Positions 35,313 through 43,689 of a stretch of DNA of 47,479 nt are shown piece by piece (the stretch's first letter is position 1; the number at the start of each line of letters is the position of its first letter). The stretch lies in IMG/VR virus record IMGVR_UViG_3300038829_000100, positions 1-47,479 of that record. One strand, 5' to 3'. The position numbers and the translations under genes are program-made. This stretch comes from a virus. Taxonomy: Duplodnaviria; Caudoviricetes. Under the pieces are notes generated by a model, which saw nothing but the letters and a program-made list of their open reading frames with translations, made no database searches and was not told the DNA's origin.

Positions 35313-35560
35313 GCTGATTGGCCTGGTTTTTCCTGGTTAGCCTGGTAGGTGGCCAGCGGGCATATCCCCCTATGGGAGGGGCCCTTCCCTCCCGGGAGCT
35401 GGTACGTATATGCCCTTAAGGAGGTCCTCTCCCTCTCTATCTCTTCTATTTTAAAAAAAAAATTATATATAAGGAAGGGTGGGGGGCAAGGGCGCCTCTA
35501 TGGGAGGGGATGCCGCCCCGTCGCCTACTAGGCCAATCAGCGAAAATCAGGCCAATCAGC
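35313..35560. repeat. About 80-bp imperfect inverted repeat around an A/T core; candidate replication origin
   Basis: Arms 35313-35393 and 35481-35560; the core contains TATTTT-A10-TTATATATAA. Confidence 0.7.
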
Positions 35561-35612
35561 GCTTCGCGCCGATTTATGCGTGCTTTTCAGCCAACGCTTC
35601 GCGTTAGAACGC

Positions 35613-35641
35613 AAAAAGCTCCAGCGTTTGCACGCTGGAGC
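35613..35641 (-). terminator. Rho-independent terminator
   Basis: GCTCCAGCGT-GCAA-ACGCTGGAGC-TTTTT, just after the stop of 35650..36237. Confidence 0.85.
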
Positions 35642-35649
35642 CTTTCTTC

Positions 35650-36237
35650 TTAGCCGAGCAGCCCGTCAAGGCCGTCGGTGTTGGCGTTGGTCTTGGCCTT
35701 CGCCGCAGAGACTTTCGCGCGCTCCATCGCGCGCTCAGCCTTGATGGCGTCGTATTGGGCTTTGAACGTCGGGTTCGCTAGCAGGTCTTTGCCTTTGACT
35801 TCCTCGTTCTTCAGCCGGAGACCGAACGCACCGCGTTCGGTATCTCCCCAGGGCTTGCCCCTGGCGGCCTGAACCCTTGCCGCCGCCTCGACCAGGTCCG
35901 TGTTGCCCGGTCCGCTTTCGCGTTCCGCGCTCCAGGAACCGCCCTGTAGGGCTTCCCAGCGACCCTGCGCCGCATCGATCTTTTCGTCGAGAGAAAGTTT
36001 GCTCGAGCCGACCGTATTGGTCACTGAGGTGAGGACGCCAAAGGCGGCCGCAGCCCGTAGCACCCCCGGCTCCAGATCGTCGAGGTTCATGTCGAGAACG
36101 TGGTCGTTCTCAACGAAGATCACTCGGACCGATTGGACGTCGGCGGTGGCTCGCGAAACCTCCGTTCCGTCAGAGAGAACGAAAGAGCGCTTAGTCGTAC
36201 GTTCCTTGGTATCGGCAGCAACATTCGCATCAGCCAT
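35650..36237 (-). CDS. Monocistronic early hypothetical protein
   Basis: 195 aa with GGAG RBS, its own promoter motif, a 5' leader hairpin and a terminator. Confidence 0.8.
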   Translation of the reverse strand: MADANVAADTKERTTKRSFVLSDGTEVSRATADVQSVRVIFVENDHVLDMNLDDLEPGVLRAAAAFGVLTSVTNTVGSSKLSLDEKIDAAQGRWEALQGGSWSAERESGPGNTDLVEAAARVQAARGKPWGDTERGAFGLRLKNEEVKGKDLLANPTFKAQYDAIKAERAMERAKVSAAKAKTNANTDGLDGLLG

Positions 36238-36288
36238 AGGATTTTACTCCATCAGGTGAGCGGGGCGGGATTGCCCCGCCAACACGAC

Positions 36289-36326
36289 CAGAATGCCCTA
36301 GGAATGCGGCAGAATTAAGGCGATTG
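36289..36326 (-). promoter_or_regulatory. Early promoter motif, copy 2 (GCC-N8-GCC-N12-CATTCT)
   Basis: 31/38 identical to 35223-35260; imperfect palindrome TGTGACAGAACGCCGCA at 36350-36366. Confidence 0.7.
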
Positions 36327-36430
36327 GCTCGACGGGCGTCCAGGTTGCGTGTGACAGAACGCCGCACCGCTGGGTGTTGCAATTCTGCCACGACAAAAAG
36401 GCCACACTTGCGTGCAGCCCCTTGCCTGTG

Positions 36431-36661
36431 TCACTCAATTGTCACTGTGGCGACTTTGCCATCATCACCTTGCATCTGCGGTATGGTCGCCGTGACCAGA
36501 GGGGTTTGGACCTCGGGAAGATTGAGAGTCAGCAACACTGTGGCTACTTCGCCACGCGGTGTGTCTCCAGCTTCCCAGGAGTCTTGACCGTCCAGGTCAT
36601 ACAGCGTCCAGTTGCAGTCATTGTCATATGTGAGACGGAAGTTTAGTGATAATCCTGCCAT
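36431..36661 (-). CDS. Small acidic early hypothetical protein
   Basis: 76 aa, GGGAG RBS, downstream of promoter motif copy 3. Confidence 0.6.
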   Translation of the reverse strand: MAGLSLNFRLTYDNDCNWTLYDLDGQDSWEAGDTPRGEVATVLLTLNLPEVQTPLVTATIPQMQGDDGKVATVTIE

Positions 36662-36732
36662 AGTGTATCTCCCTTGTCACAGTTGCCTGCGGCACGGGGC
36701 GCCCACGAGGTGATGCCCCGTGACACATCGCA

Positions 36733-36765
36733 AACCTAACAAGAGATTGTGGCTGAATTGAGGCG
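36733..36765 (-). promoter_or_regulatory. Early promoter motif, copy 3 (GCC-N8-GCC-N12-TAGGTT)
   Basis: CGCCTCAATTCAGCCACA core with the same spacing to a -10-like hexamer; palindrome TGTGGCAAGTTGTCGCA at 36772-36788. Confidence 0.6.
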
Positions 36766-37083
36766 GAAGGGTGTGGCAAGTTGTCGCACTAGACCTGGGG
36801 GTGTGGCCCAGGTGTTACAGTGTGGCCCGCCCGACCCCCCAGGCGGGCGGCCTGGATTTCTTGTCTATCTCCACTTCCGGCCCGCGACCACTTTCAATAG
36901 CAAAGGCCCTTGCAGAAAAGCAACAAGCGCCCCTGAATAACAAGAGCCAGCAACGCTTCGCATCAACGCTTCGCATTGCTAAGCTGACCACCAGCTAACG
37001 CTCCTGCTCAGGGCGACTTTCAGTCGCCGGGCTGCCACTTCGCGGCCGACAGGAAAGAGGAAAGGCCCCTCTGACGTTTTCGC

Positions 37084-37112
37084 TTGACTCCACAGCCGGG
37101 CACTCTCACTCT
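37084..37112 (+). promoter_or_regulatory. Possible sigma70-type rightward promoter
   Basis: TTGACT-17 nt-CACTCT upstream of the first + strand gene. Confidence 0.4.
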
Positions 37113-37155
37113 GTCCCCGCGCACAATCACGTGCCCGGCGGCCGGAGCACCAATC

Positions 37156-37542
37156 ATGGGCGACAAAGTTCTCAGTCTCGTGCTGGCAAACATCGACCGC
37201 AATTACTCTGTAATTCAACGCATCTTAGAGGAGCTACCAAAGATGTCAGCCGAAATGGATCGACTTCGACAGGAAGTCGCCGAAGCCAAAACCGTTACGC
37301 AGAGCGCTGTAGACCTCATTCAAGGTTTGCGCAGCAAGATTGCTGATGTAGTTGCCAACGGGAGCGATCCCGATGAACTCGCAGCCCTGGCAAACGATCT
37401 TGACACCAACACTGTTGCACTCGCAAAAGCGGTCGCAGAAAATACTAGGGCCGATCCGGCAGGCCCCGCAGCTAATGCACCTGTTGAGCCCGTAACTTTT
37501 GAGGTGCCTGTCAATGAAGAAGTCGTTCCCCCGGCCGAGTAA
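37156..37542 (+). CDS. Coiled-coil hypothetical protein
   Basis: Start reassigned to ATG 37156 (GGAG). A second start at MSAEMDRL has a GAGGAG RBS. Confidence 0.7.
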   Translation: MGDKVLSLVLANIDRNYSVIQRILEELPKMSAEMDRLRQEVAEAKTVTQSAVDLIQGLRSKIADVVANGSDPDELAALANDLDTNTVALAKAVAENTRADPAGPAANAPVEPVTFEVPVNEEVVPPAE

Positions 37543-37631
37543 GACTCGGCCTAAGCCTGCGCGCCCGGCGCCCTACGGGCGCTGAGCTGAGCGCAGCTTC
37601 GCTGCGCTGCGCAAAAAGGAGAGTAAGCTTC

Positions 37632-38225
37632 TTGGCTCAAGTTCAACCTAAAACCCACAACTGGTGGTATGACAGGCTTTGCGATTGGATGTTGCTGAAC
37701 CCTGACAGGTTGTTGGGTGAAGCTGCCAAAGAGTTTGGCGTTACTCAGTCTTGGTTGTCGGTTATTAAGAACTCAGACTCATTTAAAGCTTACTACGCAG
37801 AACGCTCCGCGGCCTACAGCAAAGAACTCCAATCATCAACAGTAGCAACCCTTATCGGGGTGAAGGAGAAAACTGCTGCGGCCGCGGAGACAGCCCTAGA
37901 CGAAATTCAGACCCGCCTGGAAAAGATGGGCGCCGTTATGCCCTTCAGCCAACTGCTCGATATCGCTAAGCTTAATCTAGCGACTAGTGGCTATGTAGGA
38001 CCGAAAGGACCTGCACAGCAAGTGACCGTCAATATCGGAGTAGTTGGCCGGGATGAGCTTGAGAAAGCCCGGGAGAAGATGCGGCAAGTCGGCGGTGCGG
38101 CACCTTCAGCTTTACCCGGCGCGAGTGCAATGCGCTCGCTCTCGCTCGTTCCGGCCAACATAGCGGCGCAAGGCGTGCCGCAAGTCCTTGAGCTTGAAGC
38201 GGAGAGTACCCCCGGTGCAGCCTAA
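37632..38225 (+). CDS. Putative terminase small subunit (N-terminal HTH)
   Basis: AGGAG RBS with TTG start; HTH LGEAAKEFGVTQSWLSVI; lies upstream of TerL. Confidence 0.6.
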   Translation: MAQVQPKTHNWWYDRLCDWMLLNPDRLLGEAAKEFGVTQSWLSVIKNSDSFKAYYAERSAAYSKELQSSTVATLIGVKEKTAAAAETALDEIQTRLEKMGAVMPFSQLLDIAKLNLATSGYVGPKGPAQQVTVNIGVVGRDELEKAREKMRQVGGAAPSALPGASAMRSLSLVPANIAAQGVPQVLELEAESTPGAA

Positions 38226-38775
38226 TCTTCTCCCGGCGGGCTCTGAAGGAAGCGCTGAAAGCGCCTTCAGCGCTGAGCGGCGGCTTACCCCGGCGACTTA
38301 CTTTAAGAGGCGCTCTGGCGCCGTGAGTTGGGCTCGGCCTCTATTCAGCTATAGGGCACCGCCGGGGGCTCAGCGCAGGGCGGCCCCAGCCGCCGGGCTG
38401 CGCTTCGAACGGAAAGTTCTTTCTGCGCTAGAGACGCAACTGCCCGGGTTTTTTCCGCATTTAGCTTTGCGCTTTGAGGGTTCGCTTTCGCGTGGGGTGG
38501 CAATTACTGATGGAGTAATCTTTGATTTCGCGACTAATACAATTTGCGTAGTCGAGGTGAAGCTTCGGCATAGTGGTGATGCTTGGCATCAGCTTAATGG
38601 GTTTTACTTGCCGATAGTACAAAAGGCGTTTCCAAGCCGGAGAGTGAGGGCGCTGGAGATCGTAAAGTATTATGATCCGGAGGTCTTTTTGCCGGGGGAG
38701 TGTGAACTTATTTGTGACGTGAATGAGTGGTTAGCTGACAGTAAGTCGTATGGTGTAATGGTGTGGAGAGGCTGA
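38188..38775 (+). CDS. PD-(D/E)XK nuclease (resolvase or packaging-associated)
   Basis: GLRFERKV...TDG.....VVEVK...QL..Y pattern. Confidence 0.65.
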   Translation: MSLKRRVPPVQPNLLPAGSEGSAESAFSAERRLTPATYFKRRSGAVSWARPLFSYRAPPGAQRRAAPAAGLRFERKVLSALETQLPGFFPHLALRFEGSLSRGVAITDGVIFDFATNTICVVEVKLRHSGDAWHQLNGFYLPIVQKAFPSRRVRALEIVKYYDPEVFLPGECELICDVNEWLADSKSYGVMVWRG

Positions 38776-38979
38776 ATGCTGACGCTAGTTATGACTGCTT
38801 GTTTGCTGGTAGATATGAAACACTGTCAAGAACAGCATTTGTTGTTCTCGAGCGAAGAACTCACGCCTATGCAGTGTGTTATGGGCGCGCAGCCTGAAAT
38901 AGCAAGGTGGCAAGATGAGCACCCAAAGTGGTTCGTCAAGAGGTGGTCGTGCACCCCGAAGCGGTTCGCGAACATTTAA
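38776..38979 (+). CDS. Small secreted four-Cys protein resembling an alphaproteobacterial hypothetical family
   Basis: MLTLVMTACL...C...PMQCVMGAQPEIARW...HPKW.V.RWSC. Confidence 0.65.
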   Translation: MLTLVMTACLLVDMKHCQEQHLLFSSEELTPMQCVMGAQPEIARWQDEHPKWFVKRWSCTPKRFANI

Positions 38980-38989
38980 CGGGGGCGCT

Positions 38990-39319
38990 ATGGTGGCAGA
39001 TGAGCTTAGAGCTATACACGCTAAACGCTTGTGGCTAGATGCTACGTCGATTGTTGGCTTGGTAATGGCGGTCGTAACCATGACTTGGCTAGTAAGTGCT
39101 GAAAGGAATGAGATTAACGCTTCGTTGGCTGAATTAAGGCTGGAAATTTTAGCTGTGGTTGCTAAACAAACGGAACTGGCCGAGCGCGTTAACGATCGGT
39201 GGACTCCGCGGGATATGGATACATTTAAGGATGTGTGGTGCTCTAAGGCAGAGCAACTTAATAAGGGCTGGGCGTGTCCAGAAATAGAGATTAAGGGAAT
39301 TAAATCCGGTGGTGATTGA
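38990..39319 (+). CDS. Single-TM coiled-coil protein (possible holin/antiholin)
   Basis: TM segment SIVGLVMAVVTMTWLV; directly upstream of the GH108 gene. Start ATG 38990 is inferred. Confidence 0.5.
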   Translation: MVADELRAIHAKRLWLDATSIVGLVMAVVTMTWLVSAERNEINASLAELRLEILAVVAKQTELAERVNDRWTPRDMDTFKDVWCSKAEQLNKGWACPEIEIKGIKSGGD

Positions 39320-39840
39320 TGAAAACTAGTAAGGAACAGATCTATAAATGGATCTTTACCGATGAGGGTCCTTACTCTAACGATCCCGGCGATAACGGAG
39401 GAATGACTACCTGGGGAATTACAGCGAATGAAGTCTGCCTGTGGAGAAAGGTAAAGCGTGTTAGTGAAGCTGACATGCGCACCTTTACGCAAAGCGAGGC
39501 GCGCGAAATTCTCGATGCTTGGTATTGGGGGCCGCTACATTGTGATGAGCTTCCTGTCGGGGTGGACTATATTGTGATGGACGCGGGGCTATTGCATGGT
39601 ATTGATAGGGCGGCGCGGTGGCTACAAATTGTGACGGGGGTTTCTATTGATGGTAGAGTTGGCCCTAAGACGCTACTGGCGGCGCAGAAGTTTAAGGCGG
39701 TAGAAACCGTGGCTAGAATTACTGAGCTGAGGCGTAGGCGGGCGAAAGCACACCCAGATGCGAAGCACTTTCTTAAGGGGTGGACGAACCGGATTACACG
39801 CTGCCATTTGAGGTGTAACAAGTTGATGGGTGTAGAGTGA
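39316..39840 (+). CDS. Lysozyme, glycoside hydrolase family 108
   Basis: EGPYSNDPGDNGGMTTWGIT catalytic motif, DGRVGPKTL and FLKGWTNR. Confidence 0.9.
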   Translation: MMKTSKEQIYKWIFTDEGPYSNDPGDNGGMTTWGITANEVCLWRKVKRVSEADMRTFTQSEAREILDAWYWGPLHCDELPVGVDYIVMDAGLLHGIDRAARWLQIVTGVSIDGRVGPKTLLAAQKFKAVETVARITELRRRRAKAHPDAKHFLKGWTNRITRCHLRCNKLMGVE

Positions 39841-41354
39841 ATGAGGCCCCTCTGAGTTTGCAAGAGGCCGTCCAGCTAGGTGCTGTTGACTCGGTGGTTT
39901 TTTCGCGGACTTTTTTCCCGAAGACTTTTAGGCAAGCTACGCCACTTTTCCATCGGCGAATGTGGGATTTGTTGGACTCGCATTCGCGATACGTTAATAT
40001 GCAGGTCTATCGCGACGGGGCTAAAACAACGCTGCTGCGTACTTATACTGCTAAGCGCATAGCTTACAACACCTCGCGTACAATCCTCTACATCGGTAAG
40101 TCGCAGGGCCACGCGGCACGCAGTCTTCAGTGGCTGCAAAAACAAATTGAATTTAATCAGCTTTATGCTGGGACGTTCGGGCTTCGTAAAGGTTCGAAGT
40201 GGAATACCGATGAGATGGAGATTATTCATGGTACTGAAGGTAATCCGATCTGGATTACTGGAATGGGCATTACTGGCTCGGTTAGAGGACTTAATTTTGA
40301 CGATTATCGCCCCGACCTTATCATTGTCGATGACGTGGTGGATGAAGAAAATTCGGCCTCCTTAGAAGGTAGAGAGAAGATCAGCAATTTGATATTGGGG
40401 GCTGTGAAGGAGAGTCTAGCGCCGGCAACGGAGTCGCCTGACGCAAAGATGGCAATACTGCAAACGCCGCTCGACCCGAATGATATCAGTCAGCAGGCGT
40501 TGCGCGATCCCCAGTTTGTTAGCGCGAGGTTTGGGTGCTGGACAGAAGAAACTGAAAACCTGCCGATTGAAGATCGAAAGAGCAACTGGGAAGAAAGATA
40601 TCCCACGGCTACGCTGCAGGAAGAGTATGCCGCCGCCGCTGCACGCAATCGGTTGTCGGTGTTTGCGCGAGAGAAAGAATGTAAGCTGATAACGCTGGAG
40701 CTGTCGGCATTTAAGGAAGAGTGGCTGCAGTTCTTTGGTGTGGGAGAGGAAGAACCAGAACCACCGCTGGACGAGATGTTTTGTGTACTGGTGATTGATC
40801 CGGTACCGCCCCCGAGCGATAATGCGTTAGCTAAAGGGTTACCTAAAGGGGACTATGAAGCGTTAGGGGTGATTGGTAAATATAAAGGAAAGCTTTACGT
40901 TCTAGAAACTAGCTATCGCCGGGGACACAATCCGAGCTGGACGGTGGCTGAGTTCTTTCGTTTGGCGCAGCGATGGCGGGTTCGTAAGGTGGTGGTTGAG
41001 GCTGTAGCTTACCAGCGCACGCTAGCTTGGCTGTTGAGGGAAGCTATGAAGCGGGCGGGCACTTACTATGCTATAACTGAATATATCGACAAGCGCAAAA
41101 AAGAGTTGCGCATTCACGACGGGTTGCACGGGGTTTCGCACAATCGACAGTTGTTTGTGCGTCGCAGGCAAACTGTGCTAATTGATCAGTATATTCGGTT
41201 TTCGGAAAGTAAGAAGCTTGATCATGATGACGTTTTGGAGGTGGTGGCGATTGGCGCCACTGAATTGCAAAACGGCGGATTTAATCTAGCTGATGGTGGT
41301 TATCATGATGAGAGTGGGATTGAAGATCTCGCCTATGCTGGAGCGTGTCCGTAA
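39837..41354 (+). CDS. terL: Terminase large subunit
   Basis: RDGAKTT Walker A, VRG...RPDLIIVDDV Walker B; nuclease domain VIDP...EAVAYQ...HDDVLE. Confidence 0.92.
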   Translation: MNEAPLSLQEAVQLGAVDSVVFSRTFFPKTFRQATPLFHRRMWDLLDSHSRYVNMQVYRDGAKTTLLRTYTAKRIAYNTSRTILYIGKSQGHAARSLQWLQKQIEFNQLYAGTFGLRKGSKWNTDEMEIIHGTEGNPIWITGMGITGSVRGLNFDDYRPDLIIVDDVVDEENSASLEGREKISNLILGAVKESLAPATESPDAKMAILQTPLDPNDISQQALRDPQFVSARFGCWTEETENLPIEDRKSNWEERYPTATLQEEYAAAAARNRLSVFAREKECKLITLELSAFKEEWLQFFGVGEEEPEPPLDEMFCVLVIDPVPPPSDNALAKGLPKGDYEALGVIGKYKGKLYVLETSYRRGHNPSWTVAEFFRLAQRWRVRKVVVEAVAYQRTLAWLLREAMKRAGTYYAITEYIDKRKKELRIHDGLHGVSHNRQLFVRRRQTVLIDQYIRFSESKKLDHDDVLEVVAIGATELQNGGFNLADGGYHDESGIEDLAYAGACP

Positions 41355-43300
41355 TGCCTAGCTTAACGCAAAAGATACCAAATGACTCGCCAATGGCGAA
41401 GAAGATTATTAATGAGTGCCGATTGCGGGTGCTGGAGAGTGAGCGCAAGCTTAGTACAAAGCATAAGAAGTGGGAGCAAGCAGAAGATAAGGCGCTGGCT
41501 TACTTGCCAGAACGTGAGGTAGACGCTGTTCGAAGGGCTAGCCGTGATGGAGGAATGCCTGAATATACTACTATTCAGATACCTTATAGCTATGCTGTGT
41601 TGATGGCGGCCCATACTTACTTGACGAGCGTCTTCTTTGGTCGTAATCCGATCTGGCAGTTTACAGGTAGGCATGGCGAAACACAGCAGCAAGTGCAAGC
41701 GATGGAGGCAGTAATTGACTATCAGGTGTTGGTAGGGCAGATGCTTGCACCACTTTATACTTGGCTTTATGATGCGGGCAAGTATGGTGTGGGGATGGTA
41801 GGTACTTATTGGGAAAACAGGTTTGAAAGGGTTAGTACTATTGCTTTGCAACCGCAGGTCGATATGTTTGGGATGCCGGTGGTGGGCAGCAAGCCCGACA
41901 AAATACTTACGACCAAGACGCTGCGCACCTACACAGGTAATCGCTTGTATAACATTCAACCGTGGGATTTTCTGTGGGATACCCGGTGGCCGCTGAAAGA
42001 CTTTCAGAAGGGGGAGTATCTGGCGTTGAGGTTCACGCTAGGGTGGAATGATATCAAGCGGCGGGAAGTTGCTGGCTACTACACCAATACTGAATGGTTG
42101 AGAGGATCGGCTAGAAGCCCCGAGGGTTTGGGCTCGTCGTTTGGTTCGCAACAGCTAGAGCGTCCTGACACGTTGAATGATGGCGGAGGTTCTAATGTTG
42201 TTAGTGAGATGGGAACCGATCATCCGCCGATCGTCCACGGGTTTGAGGTCTACATTGAGATCATTCCGAAGGAGTGGGGACTTACACCAAGTGAATATCC
42301 GGAGAAATGGGTCTTTACAATTTCGCGTGATTATAAGGTATTGCTGGGAGCACAGCCGCTTGGCGCTATGCACTCTAAATTCCCGGCGGCGGTGCTGCCG
42401 CTGGAGCCGGAGGGCTATGGGCTAACGACTAGGGGCTATCCCGAGATACTTGAACCGGTACAGCATACGATTGATTGGCTGATTAATTCACATTTCTTTA
42501 ATGTGAGGGCTGCACTTAATAATCGGATTATTGTTGATCCCAGTCGAGTGGTGATGAAGGACGTGCTTAATCCGTTACCGGGGGGTGTGATTAGGCTAAA
42601 GCCTGAAGCCTACGGAACGGACACGAAAATGTCCTGGTCACAGATGACGATAGGGGATGTGACGCAGAACCATCTGCGGGATTTCCAGACAATGATCGGA
42701 GTAGGTGAACGTACGGTAGGTATTAATGATCAGATCCTTGGAATGCTTGGAGGGGCTGGACGCAAGACGGCTACTGAGATTAGAACTTCTACTAGCTTTG
42801 GCACAAATAGGCTCAAGACCACAGCTGAGTGGTTTAGTGTGGTGGGGTTTGATCCGTTGTCGCAGATACTGCTTAGCAACACGCAGCAATATTATGATGC
42901 GGAGATGAAGTTTAAAATTGCCGGGGATTTGCTGGCGAACGCGGGCCCAGCTTTTATTGATGTTAACCCTGAAAATATTGCGGGGAGTTATGACTTTGTG
43001 GCTGTGGATGGTACGTTGCCGATTGATAGGTTTGCTCAAGCGAACCTGTGGCGCGAGTTGATGGGGCAGATGCGCAACTTCCCGCAACTGATGATGGGTT
43101 ACGATATGGTGGGAATTTTTGATTGGGTAGCGCAACTTACAGGCTTAAAGAATATCTCTCGCTTTAAGTTGCAGGTGACGCCAGATCAGCAACTGATGGC
43201 GGCGATGACCGCAGGTAATGCAGTGCCTGGCCGGGGTTTGGGCGGTACTAGTCCTGGCCCTCAGCCGAAGCAAATGAATGGAATGGGGGTTGCGGGATGA
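41354..43300 (+). CDS. Portal protein
   Basis: About 650 aa following TerL; RKTATEI motif; P22/podophage-type portal size and position. Confidence 0.85.
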   Translation: MPSLTQKIPNDSPMAKKIINECRLRVLESERKLSTKHKKWEQAEDKALAYLPEREVDAVRRASRDGGMPEYTTIQIPYSYAVLMAAHTYLTSVFFGRNPIWQFTGRHGETQQQVQAMEAVIDYQVLVGQMLAPLYTWLYDAGKYGVGMVGTYWENRFERVSTIALQPQVDMFGMPVVGSKPDKILTTKTLRTYTGNRLYNIQPWDFLWDTRWPLKDFQKGEYLALRFTLGWNDIKRREVAGYYTNTEWLRGSARSPEGLGSSFGSQQLERPDTLNDGGGSNVVSEMGTDHPPIVHGFEVYIEIIPKEWGLTPSEYPEKWVFTISRDYKVLLGAQPLGAMHSKFPAAVLPLEPEGYGLTTRGYPEILEPVQHTIDWLINSHFFNVRAALNNRIIVDPSRVVMKDVLNPLPGGVIRLKPEAYGTDTKMSWSQMTIGDVTQNHLRDFQTMIGVGERTVGINDQILGMLGGAGRKTATEIRTSTSFGTNRLKTTAEWFSVVGFDPLSQILLSNTQQYYDAEMKFKIAGDLLANAGPAFIDVNPENIAGSYDFVAVDGTLPIDRFAQANLWRELMGQMRNFPQLMMGYDMVGIFDWVAQLTGLKNISRFKLQVTPDQQLMAAMTAGNAVPGRGLGGTSPGPQPKQMNGMGVAG

Positions 43301-43689
43301 ATGCGGATAGCGACTTTGAGGAGAGGTTAGCAGAGGCCCGTCAACAGAACATGGCGTTGGGGGCCTTGCTGGAAAGTAAGGGTTGGAGTATGCTGTGCGT
43401 GTTGCTGCAGGACCAGATTACGCAGCGCACCAACAAGGTTATGCTCCTACCGCTTGGTGAGCCAGAAGGTAACGCGACGCTAGCTCAGCAAGAATTTATG
43501 AAAGGCGAAGTAGCCGGTATTAGGACTATGTTGAATTTACCGGCTACGCTTTTAAGTAATGCCGCCGCAATGGTAGAGAGCTTAACGGAGAATGAAGATG
43601 GCCGACCAACAGACGCAGCAGGTAGCCGAACAGACGCAGGCGGCGCCGGGGACTTCGACCCCGGCAGCCTCGGCGCCGACAGCGAATGA
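43297..43689 (+). CDS. Hypothetical head-assembly protein
   Basis: LLES.GW...EFMKGEVAGI pattern; lies between portal and scaffold. Confidence 0.6.
   Translation: MNADSDFEERLAEARQQNMALGALLESKGWSMLCVLLQDQITQRTNKVMLLPLGEPEGNATLAQQEFMKGEVAGIRTMLNLPATLLSNAAAMVESLTENEDGRPTDAAGSRTDAGGAGDFDPGSLGADSE

Noticed and set aside
35349-35531. 60-aa + strand ORF across the inverted repeat
   Set aside because: No RBS; it translates the poly-A and repeat sequence and is better explained as non-coding.
38785-39492. 235-aa antisense ORF
   Set aside because: It lies opposite three well-supported + strand genes and has no motif.
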